64,000 nt of DNA from Methanosuratincolales archaeon (GTDB taxonomy: Archaea > Thermoproteota > Methanomethylicia > Methanomethylicales > Methanomethylicaceae): positions 10,174 to 74,173 of the forward strand of contig JACIVQ010000001.1 of the NCBI GenBank assembly GCA_014361445.1, in the 5' to 3' direction. This document shows, one piece after another, positions 18,188 to 27,944 of the stretch. Made by a program: the position numbers and the translations under genes. Numbering within the stretch: position 1 is the stretch's first letter; every line of letters begins with the position of its first letter. The notes below the pieces were generated by a model that had not been told where the DNA came from, did no database searches, and saw only the letters and a list, made by a program, of their open reading frames with translations.

Positions 18188-19387
18188 TTAGTTGAAGAGG
18201 GATTTGTCAGGTTTTAGGCGGAGATACTTTGAGTATGTCATGGTATCGGCTTCCATTAAAAAGGGTTTGCCGCAGACCGGCGCCTGAATGCCCCTAGCAC
18301 ACGAGAGGCAGTCTCCATCGCACCCCGGTATAGGTCTGAAGTTCTCTCTGAGGTTTGGCCTGAAGTATACTGGCACAATTTTTCCCTCGCAGACCTTGGA
18401 AGTCATAAACTCTGAGTTCATGCCTATATAGTTCCGACCGACCTTTCTGAACTCCATACATAGGGCGAATGTCAATCCTCTCTTTGAGGAGAGCTCTCTG
18501 AGGGCTCTAAAAACTTTAGAGCGATAGGCTTCTGATGCTTGGTAGCTCAGGCCAATGCGTTCTCTGTAAATAGAATGCCATAGTTTGGGGATCTTGGCGT
18601 CGAAGGACTTGACTACCGAGAGAAGTCTGCCCATATAGGAGGTATTGATGTCGCATACACTCGCTATGATATGGTCAGCCCCCCTCTCTTTGACCGCGTC
18701 CAGGAGGTTCGAAAGATCCCGGGGAGCGTCGTTTATGCCTGGGAGGATGGGGTCGATCCTTACGACCACGTAAAGACCGTGATCCTTAGATTTCTGTACC
18801 GCTTTGAGCTGCTCTTCTACCGTCGAGCCTCCAGGGGAGAGGGCTTTGCGTACCTCCTCATCGAGGGATAGGAGAGTGAACTGGCAAAAACAGTGGTTGT
18901 GTGGGTGTTCGGACATGCGCCTCAACAGGCGATCAGGAACTTTAGCCCCGTTCTTTGTCACAAACTCCACTGGGAGGCCCAAATCGAGAAAGACGTCCAT
19001 GCAACGCTCTGAGAGGTGATAGGTCTCCTCGAGCGGGGACTGAAATGGATCCGTGACGGGTGAGAAGTACCCGCATGATGCGTAGTAAAGCCTCCGCAGT
19101 TCTTCATCCAATTTTTTGTCTATGTCTTTGAATACGGTGACCATTCCTGTCTTGTTCCACTCCTCGAAATATCCCCCGTAGGCTCGCGCATAGCACATGG
19201 GGCAGTTTATTGTGCAGCCATTGTATGGGTTTACAAGGATCCGCTCTGAACTACATTCCCTGCGCCCTGATCGATACGGGAAATACCATCCATGAACCAC
19301 GCACTTCTTTGTAGGAACGAGCATGTGAGGGATGGGCTCATGGATAAGTTTAGGGGCCATTTCAGATCTTATTGGCATCTGGGTCAA
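18188..19387 (-). CDS. radical SAM protein, SplB/DNA-repair-photolyase-like (COG1533-type)
   Basis: CTINCPMCY (Cx3Cx2C) near the N-terminus. 399 aa with additional C-terminal cysteines. Confidence 0.6.
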   Translation of the reverse strand: MTQMPIRSEMAPKLIHEPIPHMLVPTKKCVVHGWYFPYRSGRRECSSERILVNPYNGCTINCPMCYARAYGGYFEEWNKTGMVTVFKDIDKKLDEELRRLYYASCGYFSPVTDPFQSPLEETYHLSERCMDVFLDLGLPVEFVTKNGAKVPDRLLRRMSEHPHNHCFCQFTLLSLDEEVRKALSPGGSTVEEQLKAVQKSKDHGLYVVVRIDPILPGINDAPRDLSNLLDAVKERGADHIIASVCDINTSYMGRLLSVVKSFDAKIPKLWHSIYRERIGLSYQASEAYRSKVFRALRELSSKRGLTFALCMEFRKVGRNYIGMNSEFMTSKVCEGKIVPVYFRPNLRENFRPIPGCDGDCLSCARGIQAPVCGKPFLMEADTMTYSKYLRLKPDKSLFN

Positions 19388-19465
19388 CAGATTATAGTTT
19401 AAGGATCAACTAAAATCATTTACTCAGTCCAGTTACTATGACGATCTTGAGACGGGACAGAAAAG

Positions 19466-20422
19466 TTAGATCCGGCAGACTATATCCTTCCTCAGGTCGA
19501 CGCACCCGATCAGTGCAAGGAGAACCCTCGCATCCTCAGTATTCACGACCCCATGAGCCCTCTCCCTGACCACGAGTTTTGGCTTATATCCGATACCAAG
19601 GCCTACGTTCTCTATCATGAAGAGGTCATTTGCTCCGTCCCCCACGGCCACACATGCCTCTAAGCCCACGCCCACCTTAGCGGCGATTGTCTTTATCGCC
19701 TTGAGTTTTGCCTCAGGTCCGATCATCTCCCCCTCAACCTCACCTGTCAAGCGCCCATCCTTTACAATTAGTCGGTTGCTGAAGACATAGTCGGCTCCTA
19801 TCATCCTGCCGACGTGCTCGGCGGCAAAATCAAAGCTGCCCGTCACTATCCCTATCACGAAGCCAAGTTCCTTGAGTTTCGCTATCAACTCCCTGACCCC
19901 TGGGTTGATCTTTATTGAAGATTTAATCTGATCCAGAACCTCAACCGGGAGCCCCTCCAGTAGCTTTACTCTAGATCTCAGGGCCTCAAGGAAGTTTAAC
20001 TTTCCATCCATGGCAAGCTTAGTGATCTTCTTCACCTCTTCACCCACGCCCGCAGCCTTTGCCAGCTCCTCTATAACCTCCTGCTCTATGAGGGTTCCGT
20101 CAAGGTCGAATACTATGACCCTCTTTCCACACTTGTAGCTATGGTAGGACTCCGCCGCCAGCGCCAGGCCAACATCATCACAGCTGTTCTTTAGTATGTT
20201 CAATAGGACGTCCTTTTTCACAATGGATGTCCTGGTGTCAACAACCATTATAATAAGAAAGAGGTCGTTGAAGATGGTCGAAGCCCTGGTCTTTATTATG
20301 TTCGCATGGAGTCTTGCCAAGACTCCAGTCACCGTGGCAACTATGCCTGGACGGTCTTTTCCCAAGACTGTAATGACCAGCCTATCGTCCTCCAGCATAA
20401 TAAAAAGAAACCTCCAACCCAA
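19466..20422 (-). CDS. serB: phosphoserine phosphatase with N-terminal ACT domain
   Basis: N-terminal ACT (GKDRPGIVATVTGVLA), then HAD motifs VIVFDLDGTL and GDGANDL. 318 aa. Confidence 0.8.
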   Translation of the reverse strand: MGWRFLFIMLEDDRLVITVLGKDRPGIVATVTGVLARLHANIIKTRASTIFNDLFLIIMVVDTRTSIVKKDVLLNILKNSCDDVGLALAAESYHSYKCGKRVIVFDLDGTLIEQEVIEELAKAAGVGEEVKKITKLAMDGKLNFLEALRSRVKLLEGLPVEVLDQIKSSIKINPGVRELIAKLKELGFVIGIVTGSFDFAAEHVGRMIGADYVFSNRLIVKDGRLTGEVEGEMIGPEAKLKAIKTIAAKVGVGLEACVAVGDGANDLFMIENVGLGIGYKPKLVVRERAHGVVNTEDARVLLALIGCVDLRKDIVCRI

Positions 20423-20648
20423 GCTCGTGGCACAGGTAATCTAGCTTCTTGCGAAAGGTTTCGAGATCCAGTCCGGCAGCAAGTTTAATGAGCATGGAAA
20501 GTATGAAGATGCCCTTCATGACGACCTGATCCATGTCCTCAATGTTGCAACCAAATTCCGAGATCACTGAAGAGATCTCGGCAATTAAGCCAGGGCGATC
20601 CGGCCCAACAGTGGTTATAACCATGTACCTATCACGCATAGACTGCAC
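20382..20648 (-). CDS. stand-alone ACT-domain protein
   Basis: 88 aa. The motif TTVGPDRPGLIAEISSVISEFGCNIEDM is the ACT signature. Directly upstream of serB. Confidence 0.6.
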   Translation of the reverse strand: MQSMRDRYMVITTVGPDRPGLIAEISSVISEFGCNIEDMDQVVMKGIFILSMLIKLAAGLDLETFRKKLDYLCHELGLEVSFYYAGGR

Positions 20649-20726
20649 CGGGTGACCATCGAAGATTGTACAGAAAATCTAATTAAGTTTTCGTATTGAT
20701 ATTGGAAACATCACGAGGGAAGATGT

Positions 20727-21359
20727 TTGAGCAAGGTTCAACTTGAGGCACTCAAGGAGGCTCTGATCGAGCAGAATCAAAAGAGGGCGAAAGATCTCAC
20801 AGAGGAATTTTTGCGAGCAGGTGTGCCGCCAAAGGATATAATTGATGTGATATCTGACGGGCTAAAGGTAATTGGAGACTTATTTGAGAGGGGAGAGCTC
20901 TTCCTGCCAGAGGTCATGAGGGCAGCAAACGCCGCCAAGGCCTCATTGAGCGTCGTATTGCCAATGATGGTGAAGGAGAAGGCGGGAGAGGGGCGGGGAG
21001 TGATCGCGATAGGCTCGCTAGGACCGCACGACATAGGGAAGACCATTGTATCCTCTACGCTGATCGCAGATGGTTTCAAGGTGTTGGACATGGGCATAAA
21101 CGTGACGCCGAATGTTGTGGAGGACTTTTTGAGAGATAATGAGGTGGATATACTCGCCCTCTCAATCCTCCTCACCTCTGACATAGATAAATGTGCTAAC
21201 GTGATAGAGAGGGCAAGGAAGGTTAAGAGCGGAATTAAGGTGATGGTTGGGGGCGCAGCCATGAGCCCGGAGACGGCAAGAAAGATAAAGGCAGACGCAT
21301 ACGGTAGAGACGCAAACGAGGCGGTTAAGATAGCAAGGGAACTAACCGGGAGGAGGTAG
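20727..21359 (+). CDS. corrinoid (cobalamin-binding) protein, methyltransferase-associated type
   Basis: N-terminal helical B12-binding-2 domain plus a Rossmann B12-binding domain with GSLGPHDIGKTIV (DxHxxG-like) and MVGGAA. 210 aa. Confidence 0.75.
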   Translation: MSKVQLEALKEALIEQNQKRAKDLTEEFLRAGVPPKDIIDVISDGLKVIGDLFERGELFLPEVMRAANAAKASLSVVLPMMVKEKAGEGRGVIAIGSLGPHDIGKTIVSSTLIADGFKVLDMGINVTPNVVEDFLRDNEVDILALSILLTSDIDKCANVIERARKVKSGIKVMVGGAAMSPETARKIKADAYGRDANEAVKIARELTGRR

Positions 21360-21364
21360 AGAGA

Positions 21365-22246
21365 ATGAAGACAACAGTCATTGGTAGCTACCCAGTTGTC
21401 GGCGAGGGGCTGGAGGCTATAAAAAACGCGGTGAATGACCAGCTAAATGCGGGGATCGAGATAATCAGCGACGGGCAGACAAGGAAGGACATGGTATGTT
21501 ACTTTGCGGACCATATACCCGGGTTCAAGGTCGAGGATGAGAAGGCGAAGATAGTTGGAAAGATAAGACCGCCAGAAGAGACGCCAGTGGTTGATGACCT
21601 GATATTTGCCAGGGAGCTGGCAGGAGGTAAGGCTGAGGTGAAAGCAATAATTACGGGCCCGGTCACAATAGTCTTCTTTTCAGAGCTGACCCCAGAGGCC
21701 CCCTACGCAGGGTTTCGGGACGAGAGACTGTATGAGGACGTGAGCGCAGCCCTGGCAGTGGAGGCGGAGATCATGCAAAAATCGGGCTTTTCTAAGGTTC
21801 AGATAGACGAGCCCAGTTTCTCAATCGGGGCCCCCATGAACATAGGGAGGAAGGCGCTCGAGGCGATCGTGTCAGACTTGAAAGGGATTAAGGCGTTACA
21901 TGTCTGTGGTAACCTTAGGAGGGTCTTTAAGGAGATAGTGAAGATAGAGGGCTTTGATGTTCTGAGCTTCTCGTTCAAAGACAATGTGAGTAATTTTGAC
22001 AATGTTGAGAGGAAACTTCTGGAGGATTATTCAAAGAGGCTGGGCGTGGGGTGTGTAAGTACGATGAGCCCCGAAGCGGAGGACGTAGAGTCTATCAAGA
22101 AGGTGCTGAGTAGGGCGCTGGAGTTGTACGGAGTGGAAAACATAGAGTGGATCCACCCTGATTGTGGGCTGAGATCATTGAAGAGGGATGAGGCTTTCGT
22201 GAAGCTCAAGAATATGGTTATAGCGGCGAAGGAGCTGAGGATCTGA
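21365..22246 (+). CDS. metE: core methionine synthase (cobalamin-independent MetE C-terminal-domain type, zinc site intact)
   Basis: MKTTVIGSYP start typical of archaeal short MetE. Zn-ligand motifs VQIDEPSFS, ALHVCGN (His-x-Cys) and IHPDCGL are all present. 293 aa. Confidence 0.75.
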   Translation: MKTTVIGSYPVVGEGLEAIKNAVNDQLNAGIEIISDGQTRKDMVCYFADHIPGFKVEDEKAKIVGKIRPPEETPVVDDLIFARELAGGKAEVKAIITGPVTIVFFSELTPEAPYAGFRDERLYEDVSAALAVEAEIMQKSGFSKVQIDEPSFSIGAPMNIGRKALEAIVSDLKGIKALHVCGNLRRVFKEIVKIEGFDVLSFSFKDNVSNFDNVERKLLEDYSKRLGVGCVSTMSPEAEDVESIKKVLSRALELYGVENIEWIHPDCGLRSLKRDEAFVKLKNMVIAAKELRI

Positions 22247-23118
22247 TGGTGGAAGTTCGTTTGGGGAATATCAAATTTGGCGACGTTCCGGTCATGATAG
22301 GCAGCCTCTTCTACAAATCGGACAGAAAAGTCATAGACCACAAAAAAGGCGAGGTGAACATGCAGGCACTTCTGAAAGAGCTGAAGAGCGTGGAGAGACT
22401 GAAAGAGAGAACAGGGCTGCTCCACGCCATAGACATAATAGCAGAGACTCCGGAGGCGATGGATAGGTACATAACCATCCTTTCGGAGGCAAGTGATGAC
22501 CCATTGCTCATTGGCGGACTAAATGAAGAGAGCAGGATTGCTGGCTATAAAAAGGCATCCGAGTTGGGTCTGGCGGGCAGGTGTGGGGTAAACTCGGTCT
22601 CCCTAAACACGAGTGAAATGGAGCTCGAGCGCATAAAGGAGAGCGGGATAAGATTTGCGATAGTTCAAACATTGGACCCTGCGGCGGTTTACCCTGAGGA
22701 GAAGCTTGGGGTTTTGAAGGGAGGACTCCTGGAGAGGTGCAGGAATGCAGGCATTACCAGCATGGCCGTAGATGTAGGTATAATAGATTTCACAAGCGTC
22801 TGGCTAGCGGCAGAGTCCATAAAGGCTGTTAAGAATGAATTGGGACTGCCAGCAGGGTGTGCGCCTTCCAATATCGCATACCAGCCGCTATTGAAGAAGA
22901 AGGTTACAAAGAGAGTTGCGAGATCCATGAATGTGGCGCTCAATACCATTATACAGATCGCAGGGGCGGACTTCATACTATACGGACCGCTTAAGGCGGC
23001 AGGGTACATATTCGAGGCAGCAGCCACCGTTGAAGGCATAAAGGCTTACGGGGAAAGGTTGAAGGGGAAGGTCTTTGAGAAGAGCCACCCACTTTATAAG
23101 TTCCTAGCGAAACTGTGA
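22246..23118 (+). CDS. MtrH-like pterin (methyl-H4F/H4MPT):corrinoid methyltransferase
   Basis: Collinear with MtrH: VPVMIGSLFY compared with PTVLVGTIFY, GGADFILYGPLKAAGYIFEAA compared with GGDFVLYGPIENAKMAF, and C-terminal EKSHPLYKFL compared with EEHPFYKLL. Confidence 0.7.
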   Translation: MVEVRLGNIKFGDVPVMIGSLFYKSDRKVIDHKKGEVNMQALLKELKSVERLKERTGLLHAIDIIAETPEAMDRYITILSEASDDPLLIGGLNEESRIAGYKKASELGLAGRCGVNSVSLNTSEMELERIKESGIRFAIVQTLDPAAVYPEEKLGVLKGGLLERCRNAGITSMAVDVGIIDFTSVWLAAESIKAVKNELGLPAGCAPSNIAYQPLLKKKVTKRVARSMNVALNTIIQIAGADFILYGPLKAAGYIFEAAATVEGIKAYGERLKGKVFEKSHPLYKFLAKL

Positions 23119-23366
23119 TATGTGGAGGGGTAATTTTGGTTCTGGCATGTGTCCTTATACACTGCAAGCCTGGAACTGCCACAGACGTACTGAACAAGAT
23201 AAAGGAGATAAAGGGCGTGAGAAGAGCCTTCGAGACGCTTGGGGCATATGACGTCGTTGTGGAGTACGAGTTTCAGAGCCTCGAGAAGCTGGGGATAACG
23301 GTTTATGAGATCGCAAAGATGCCAGGTGTGGTCTCAACCGAGACCTTGATAGAGACCTTGTTGTGA
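23115..23366 (+). CDS. stand-alone RAM (Lrp/AsnC C-terminal ligand-binding) domain protein
   Basis: 83 aa with the beta-alpha-beta-beta-alpha-beta RAM pattern (...ILVLACVLIHCKPG...VVVEYEFQS...). Confidence 0.5.
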   Translation: MICGGVILVLACVLIHCKPGTATDVLNKIKEIKGVRRAFETLGAYDVVVEYEFQSLEKLGITVYEIAKMPGVVSTETLIETLL

Positions 23367-23367
23367 G

Positions 23368-23601
23368 GTGGTAGCTATGGTCCAAGTTCTAGTGCTAATA
23401 AATGCCGAGAAAGTCTCAGTCTTAGATATTGTCGGTAAACTGGAGAAGATGCCGGAGGTATTAGACGTATTTCCAACTTTTGGCAGGTTCGACGTCGTGG
23501 CATTCTGCAATGCCGAAAATAGGGAGAGAGTGAAAGATTTGGTGCGGAAGATAGCGGCATTAGAGGGCGTTCTGAAGACAGAGACCTTGGTGGAGCTCTG
23601 A
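23368..23601 (+). CDS. stand-alone RAM (Lrp/AsnC C-terminal ligand-binding) domain protein
   Basis: 77 aa. Paralogous to the preceding ORF (VLVLINAEKV...FDVVAFCNAEN...). Confidence 0.5.
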   Translation: MVAMVQVLVLINAEKVSVLDIVGKLEKMPEVLDVFPTFGRFDVVAFCNAENRERVKDLVRKIAALEGVLKTETLVEL

Positions 23602-23668
23602 TCCGTCGATATTTTTGCAATTCATGAAGTCAATCAAGTTAGTCCATCTGGATCGGCTCTTTTATGAT

Positions 23669-24517
23669 TTATAACAGCGGGGGAGGCAGACCTACCAACT
23701 CGTAGACCTTGACTATGTTCCCCCTATCGTCACGGCGAGAGTCCACCGGAGTCTCCATTATTAGAGGGAGGGAACGTATCCTTTTATCAGACAGTATGGA
23801 TCTGAACCCATCCTCCCCAATCTTGCCGAGACCGATGTGCTCGTGCCTATCTAGGTGGGATCCTAGATCCCCCTTGGAATCGTTTAGGTGCACAACCTTT
23901 AGTCGGTCAAGACCGATGATCTTTTCCAGTTCGTCGAGAACCTCTCCTATTCTTGTCTTTACATCATAGCCACCAGCGAAGGCATGGCAGGTGTCGAAGC
24001 AGAACCCAACCCTTTCAGGGTCTTCTAATTTGTCCATTATCGCACGTATGTCCTCAAATGTGGTACCCATACTGTTCTTCTGACCAGATGTATTCTCCAA
24101 GAGAATCATGCACTCTGAACCAGTTTCGAGGGCGCTGTTGAGTGCGGAGACGAGCCTTTGGCAACCTTTCTCCTCCCCGCTCCCGAGATGGCTCCCAAGG
24201 TGAGTGACTAGGTAGGGGATTCCAAGCTGAGAACACCTCTTCAGTTCAGCCTTCAAAGTGTCCACAGACTTCTTGTAGACCTCGTCGTTCGGCGTTGCCA
24301 AATTCGGGAGGTAGGGCATATGGTCCACTACAGGGCTTATATCGACCTTGCTGAGGCGCTCTCTAAAGGATCTTATAACATCTTCTGGGATGTCGGAAAA
24401 TGACCACCCTCGGGGATTCCTTGTAAAGAGCTGGAATGTGTTGCACCCAATTTTGAGCGCTCTCTCTACAGAACGGTCGATGGAGCCTGCTATGGAGATG
24501 TGAACGCCAACGCGCAT
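23669..24517 (-). CDS. nfo: endonuclease IV (AP endonuclease family 2)
   Basis: MRVGVHISIAG start, then HxxY...HLG...HLNDSK and a TIM-barrel Zn-ligand pattern. ~282 aa. Confidence 0.9.
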   Translation of the reverse strand: MRVGVHISIAGSIDRSVERALKIGCNTFQLFTRNPRGWSFSDIPEDVIRSFRERLSKVDISPVVDHMPYLPNLATPNDEVYKKSVDTLKAELKRCSQLGIPYLVTHLGSHLGSGEEKGCQRLVSALNSALETGSECMILLENTSGQKNSMGTTFEDIRAIMDKLEDPERVGFCFDTCHAFAGGYDVKTRIGEVLDELEKIIGLDRLKVVHLNDSKGDLGSHLDRHEHIGLGKIGEDGFRSILSDKRIRSLPLIMETPVDSRRDDRGNIVKVYELVGLPPPLL

Positions 24518-24585
24518 TTGACACACCAAATAGAACTACGCTCAAGACTCGTTTAAGGGTTTAGATGGGCGTTGGCGTAGGATTA

Positions 24586-25326
24586 CTAAAAAGAGCCCTT
24601 TAATGCCCGCCTCAGCGACTCCCTCATCTCGGGTGGAAATTTTTTTGGCTCTTGTGATGGGAGTTCCAAGCCCTTTATTGCGGCGAGCCCAGTGCCGTAG
24701 AGTACCCAGCCAATGACGTACTCAAAGAGATCACGGTCATGCCCAGAAGATTCTCCAAGGAGGCTCAGTAACTCTATTATTACGTATTGAGAGGCCTCTA
24801 TGCATGAATGGAGAGATTCGAGGAGTTCCTCCCCGACTAGAAGGGAGTCCCCGAGACCCTGCAATAGCCCTTTAAGGGTTGCGGCATCTGAATGTGAGAA
24901 AGTGTTGTCCAAGGATAGTATAAAGAGGGCTTTTTCAGTTTGGATGTCCGGATAGACATAACATCTGGATACCTTTGAGAGGGGATAAAGGTCTCTGAGT
25001 TCCTTGATAGGGAGGCCCTCAGTGAGAGAGATTATAGGTTTCCCTCTGAGGAGGTGCCAGATCTCGTCGGCTATGGTGTAGGCGCGGTTTCTCTCAGAGC
25101 CAATAAAGATCAAGTTGCACCATTTTGCAAGTTGGTGGAGTTCTTCAAGATCACATGAGGTAGGGAGGATTCGGACCTCCTGGTTTAGCCTGCACAGATT
25201 CTCTAGTGGCCTGCCTCTATCTTCGCAACCCAGTACCAGAAGCTTCAAGGTTTTCACCACTAAATGATCCTCTATTTCGACGCTAGTGAGCTGCCCACGG
25301 CTAAATCCTGTGGGCTTCATGCTCAC
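24586..25326 (-). CDS. hypothetical protein, Rossmann-like
   Basis: 246 aa ORF. Alternating hydrophobic beta-strand segments (LKLLVLG, VRIL, CNLIFIG). No confident family. Confidence 0.3.
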   Translation of the reverse strand: MSMKPTGFSRGQLTSVEIEDHLVVKTLKLLVLGCEDRGRPLENLCRLNQEVRILPTSCDLEELHQLAKWCNLIFIGSERNRAYTIADEIWHLLRGKPIISLTEGLPIKELRDLYPLSKVSRCYVYPDIQTEKALFILSLDNTFSHSDAATLKGLLQGLGDSLLVGEELLESLHSCIEASQYVIIELLSLLGESSGHDRDLFEYVIGWVLYGTGLAAIKGLELPSQEPKKFPPEMRESLRRALKGSF

Positions 25327-25468
25327 AATGTTAATAGGCGTATTAACAATTTATGTGTTACAGAAGGTTTATGCTCCCAATTCCTGAAATGTGCGGCTCT
25401 TACGAAACTTTGATGACAGATAAGATTAATATTCCTAGACCGCATTAACTCCTCAAGAGGATACTCAG

Positions 25469-26248
25469 ATGTCCTTCAATAAACTCAAGGCTTTAGGTTT
25501 CTCTGATTTGGAGATAAAGATCTATGAATATGTGATCAAGAAAGGGAGTTGTAAGAAAGAGGACTTGCTGAGAGACCTTGAGTTGACTGAGGAGGGTTTA
25601 AATGAGCATCTCTCGAAGATGTCATCGCTAGGCGCCATAGAGCTTGTTGATGATTTGGTTTCGCCTTCACCGCCGGGGTCATTCCTTCAAAAGTACTTGA
25701 GGCTAAAGGAGGTTGAGTTAGATCTTCAGCTAGCCGAGCTAAGGAAATTGGTGAACGAACTGCAGATGACCCTAGAGCCCGTATACAGCGAGAGCAAGTA
25801 CGGAGTAAGGCTGGAAGAGTTGTGGCAGAGCATAGACAGCCTATCCAGCATGGAAATGGAGACCATAAGGATGATTTCCCGTGCTAACTCAGAAATATCT
25901 ATATTGGCGGAGCGGTTCAGTTACTATCCGAAGGTAAGGGAGGAGTTGCTTTCAGCCTTAGACAGGAAGGTCAGGGTCAGAGTCCTCCTGCTGGCACTTG
26001 ATAAGGAGAATGAGGGGAGGGTCGAGGACCTGAAAAGGAACAAGATTGAAGTGAGGTTGGCTAGATGCGATTGGAGGAGTGTGAGGTTTACTTTAGTGGA
26101 CAAGAGAGAGGTAATATTCCTAATTTGGGCAAAGAAGAGCGGAGAGAACAGGGTTTACTACAGACCTGGCTACTCGAAGAACCCGGGAATGGTGAGCGTT
26201 TTCTCGGACTCCTTCGAGTATCTGTGGGACAAGGCATTACAACTCTAA
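25469..26248 (+). CDS. TrmB-family transcriptional regulator (second copy)
   Basis: N-terminal wHTH LKALGFSDLEIKIYEYVIKKGSCKKEDLLRDL. Confidence 0.5.
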   Translation: MSFNKLKALGFSDLEIKIYEYVIKKGSCKKEDLLRDLELTEEGLNEHLSKMSSLGAIELVDDLVSPSPPGSFLQKYLRLKEVELDLQLAELRKLVNELQMTLEPVYSESKYGVRLEELWQSIDSLSSMEMETIRMISRANSEISILAERFSYYPKVREELLSALDRKVRVRVLLLALDKENEGRVEDLKRNKIEVRLARCDWRSVRFTLVDKREVIFLIWAKKSGENRVYYRPGYSKNPGMVSVFSDSFEYLWDKALQL

Positions 26249-26289
26249 AGAAAATAAGGGTCTCCCTCGGAACCGCAATAGAACTGGGT

Positions 26290-27210
26290 TTGATCGAAGG
26301 CCTCCAAAAGGAGGCACCAACCACAGCTTACCTTTTTATGATCGGTAAAGGTTGCAGGGGGAAGTGTGCCTTTTGCCCTCAGTCCACGGGTCTGTCGGAT
26401 AATATATCGAGGGTGAGCTGGCCCGAGTTCCCAGTAGAGGACGTATTGAGGGTTATGAAGGGCAACCGAAGGTTCGAGAGGGTTTGCGTTCAATGCGCCG
26501 ACGAGGACGGTTTGATCCTTCACATTAGGCGCTTTATAGAGGTCTTGAGGGAGTGGGCAAGCATTCCGATTTCGGTCTCTATACCTCCAGCCCCTCCCGA
26601 GGATTTGCGCATGTTGGAGGGTGCAGGTGTGGATGTATTGACAATCCCGCTGGACTGCGCCAATGAAGAATTATTCCGCAGAATCAAGGGGAGAGAGTGG
26701 GAGTACCACTGGAGAGCTCTTGAGAAGGCTTTGGAGGTCTTCGGACCTAAAAGGGTCGGGACGCACATTATAGTAGGGCTTGGGGAGACGGAGAGAGATG
26801 TTGTTAATGTGGTTTCAAAATGCCACAGGACTGGAATTGTGCCCTCCCTCTTCGCCTTCACGCCAATAAAGGGGACCCCCCTTGGAGGTAGACCGCAACC
26901 TAATTTGAGGTCTTACAGGAGGTTGCAGTTGGGCAGGGAGCTGATAATCACCGGTAAGGCGACTGAGAAGGATTTTTCGTATGATAGTCTCGGCAGGATT
27001 ATGAAGATCAACGTTAGCAGAGATGTAATAGAGGAAATTGTGGAGAAGGGGGATGCCTTCATGACCAGGGGTTGCCCAGGCTGCAATAGACCGTATTTCA
27101 ACGAGAAGGTTACCGGACCAGTTTACAATTACCCCCGCAGACTGGATAGGATGGAGGTTGAAGAAGTCAGGAGGGAGTTACTTGGAGGGATTGAGGGTCT
27201 TAAGGTTTGA
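26290..27210 (+). CDS. radical SAM protein, LipS1/LipS2-like (two-component archaeal lipoyl synthase candidate)
   Basis: CRGKCAFC radical SAM motif with additional Cys clusters (CVQC, GCPGC). Adjacent to split lplA. The start is uncertain (TTG 26290 or ATG 26338). The ORF-track start at 26065 overlaps trmB. Confidence 0.5.
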   Translation: MIEGLQKEAPTTAYLFMIGKGCRGKCAFCPQSTGLSDNISRVSWPEFPVEDVLRVMKGNRRFERVCVQCADEDGLILHIRRFIEVLREWASIPISVSIPPAPPEDLRMLEGAGVDVLTIPLDCANEELFRRIKGREWEYHWRALEKALEVFGPKRVGTHIIVGLGETERDVVNVVSKCHRTGIVPSLFAFTPIKGTPLGGRPQPNLRSYRRLQLGRELIITGKATEKDFSYDSLGRIMKINVSRDVIEEIVEKGDAFMTRGCPGCNRPYFNEKVTGPVYNYPRRLDRMEVEEVRRELLGGIEGLKV

Positions 27211-27940
27211 GGTGCATGATCCCTTCTACAACATGGCTCTGGACGAAGCTATTGCACACTCTGTTGGAGAAGGGGGAAGCCCGCCAACACTCAGGCTTTA
27301 TGGGTGGTCCCCGAGGGCGGTCTCCCTAGGGTATTTCCAGGAGGTTCTGGAGGAGGTCGATTTAGAGTTTTGCAGGGAGAGGGGGATAGAGGTTGTTAGG
27401 AGGATAACAGGCGGCGGAGCGGTCCTCCACACAGAGGGGGAGCTGACATACAGCTTCGTGGTGAAGGACGATGGTTCTCTTGTTCCAAGCGACATTGAAG
27501 AAAGTTACAGGAGGATATGTGCACCCATAGTGGCGTGTATTAGGAGGCTGGGTGGCGATGCGTCCTTCAGACCAATAAACGACATTGAAGTTGGGGGAAA
27601 GAAGGTCTCGGGAAATGCTCAGACAAGAAGGTTCGGGGCGGTTCTTCAGCACGGCACCTTGTTACTCTCCATGGATTATTCGTTGCTCGGCGCACTGAGA
27701 CCAAGGGTTGAAAAGTTGAAAGACAAGGGGGTTTCAGAGGTCGGCGGGAGGGTCACAACATTGAAGGAGGTACTTAAGTTTGAGCCGAAGAGGGAAGGAG
27801 TAGCTGAGATCTTAGCGGAGGAGTTCGGAAGGGCGTTTCAACTTGAGTTGAGATACGGAAATATCACCGATAGGGAGAGAAGTCTTGCGGGTGACCTTGT
27901 TAGAAAGTACAGGTCAAAAGATTGGACTTTCAGGAGGTAG
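27191..27940 (+). CDS. lplA: lipoate-protein ligase A, N-terminal catalytic domain (LplA-N)
   Basis: BPL/LPL catalytic domain, including RITGGGAVLH..GEL.YS and K(K)VSGNAQ lysine motifs. Confidence 0.8.
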   Translation: MRVLRFEVHDPFYNMALDEAIAHSVGEGGSPPTLRLYGWSPRAVSLGYFQEVLEEVDLEFCRERGIEVVRRITGGGAVLHTEGELTYSFVVKDDGSLVPSDIEESYRRICAPIVACIRRLGGDASFRPINDIEVGGKKVSGNAQTRRFGAVLQHGTLLLSMDYSLLGALRPRVEKLKDKGVSEVGGRVTTLKEVLKFEPKREGVAEILAEEFGRAFQLELRYGNITDRERSLAGDLVRKYRSKDWTFRR

Positions 27941-27944
27941 GCTG

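Noticed and set aside
25327-25468. ttgatga (C-box-like) in the intergenic region, considered as a C/D box sRNA
   Set aside because: No matching D/D' (CUGA) boxes at the appropriate spacing on either strand.
26065-26289. N-terminal 75 codons of the 26065-27210 ORF
   Set aside because: Overlaps the 3' end of the TrmB gene in another frame. The radical SAM protein more plausibly starts at TTG 26290 or ATG 26338.
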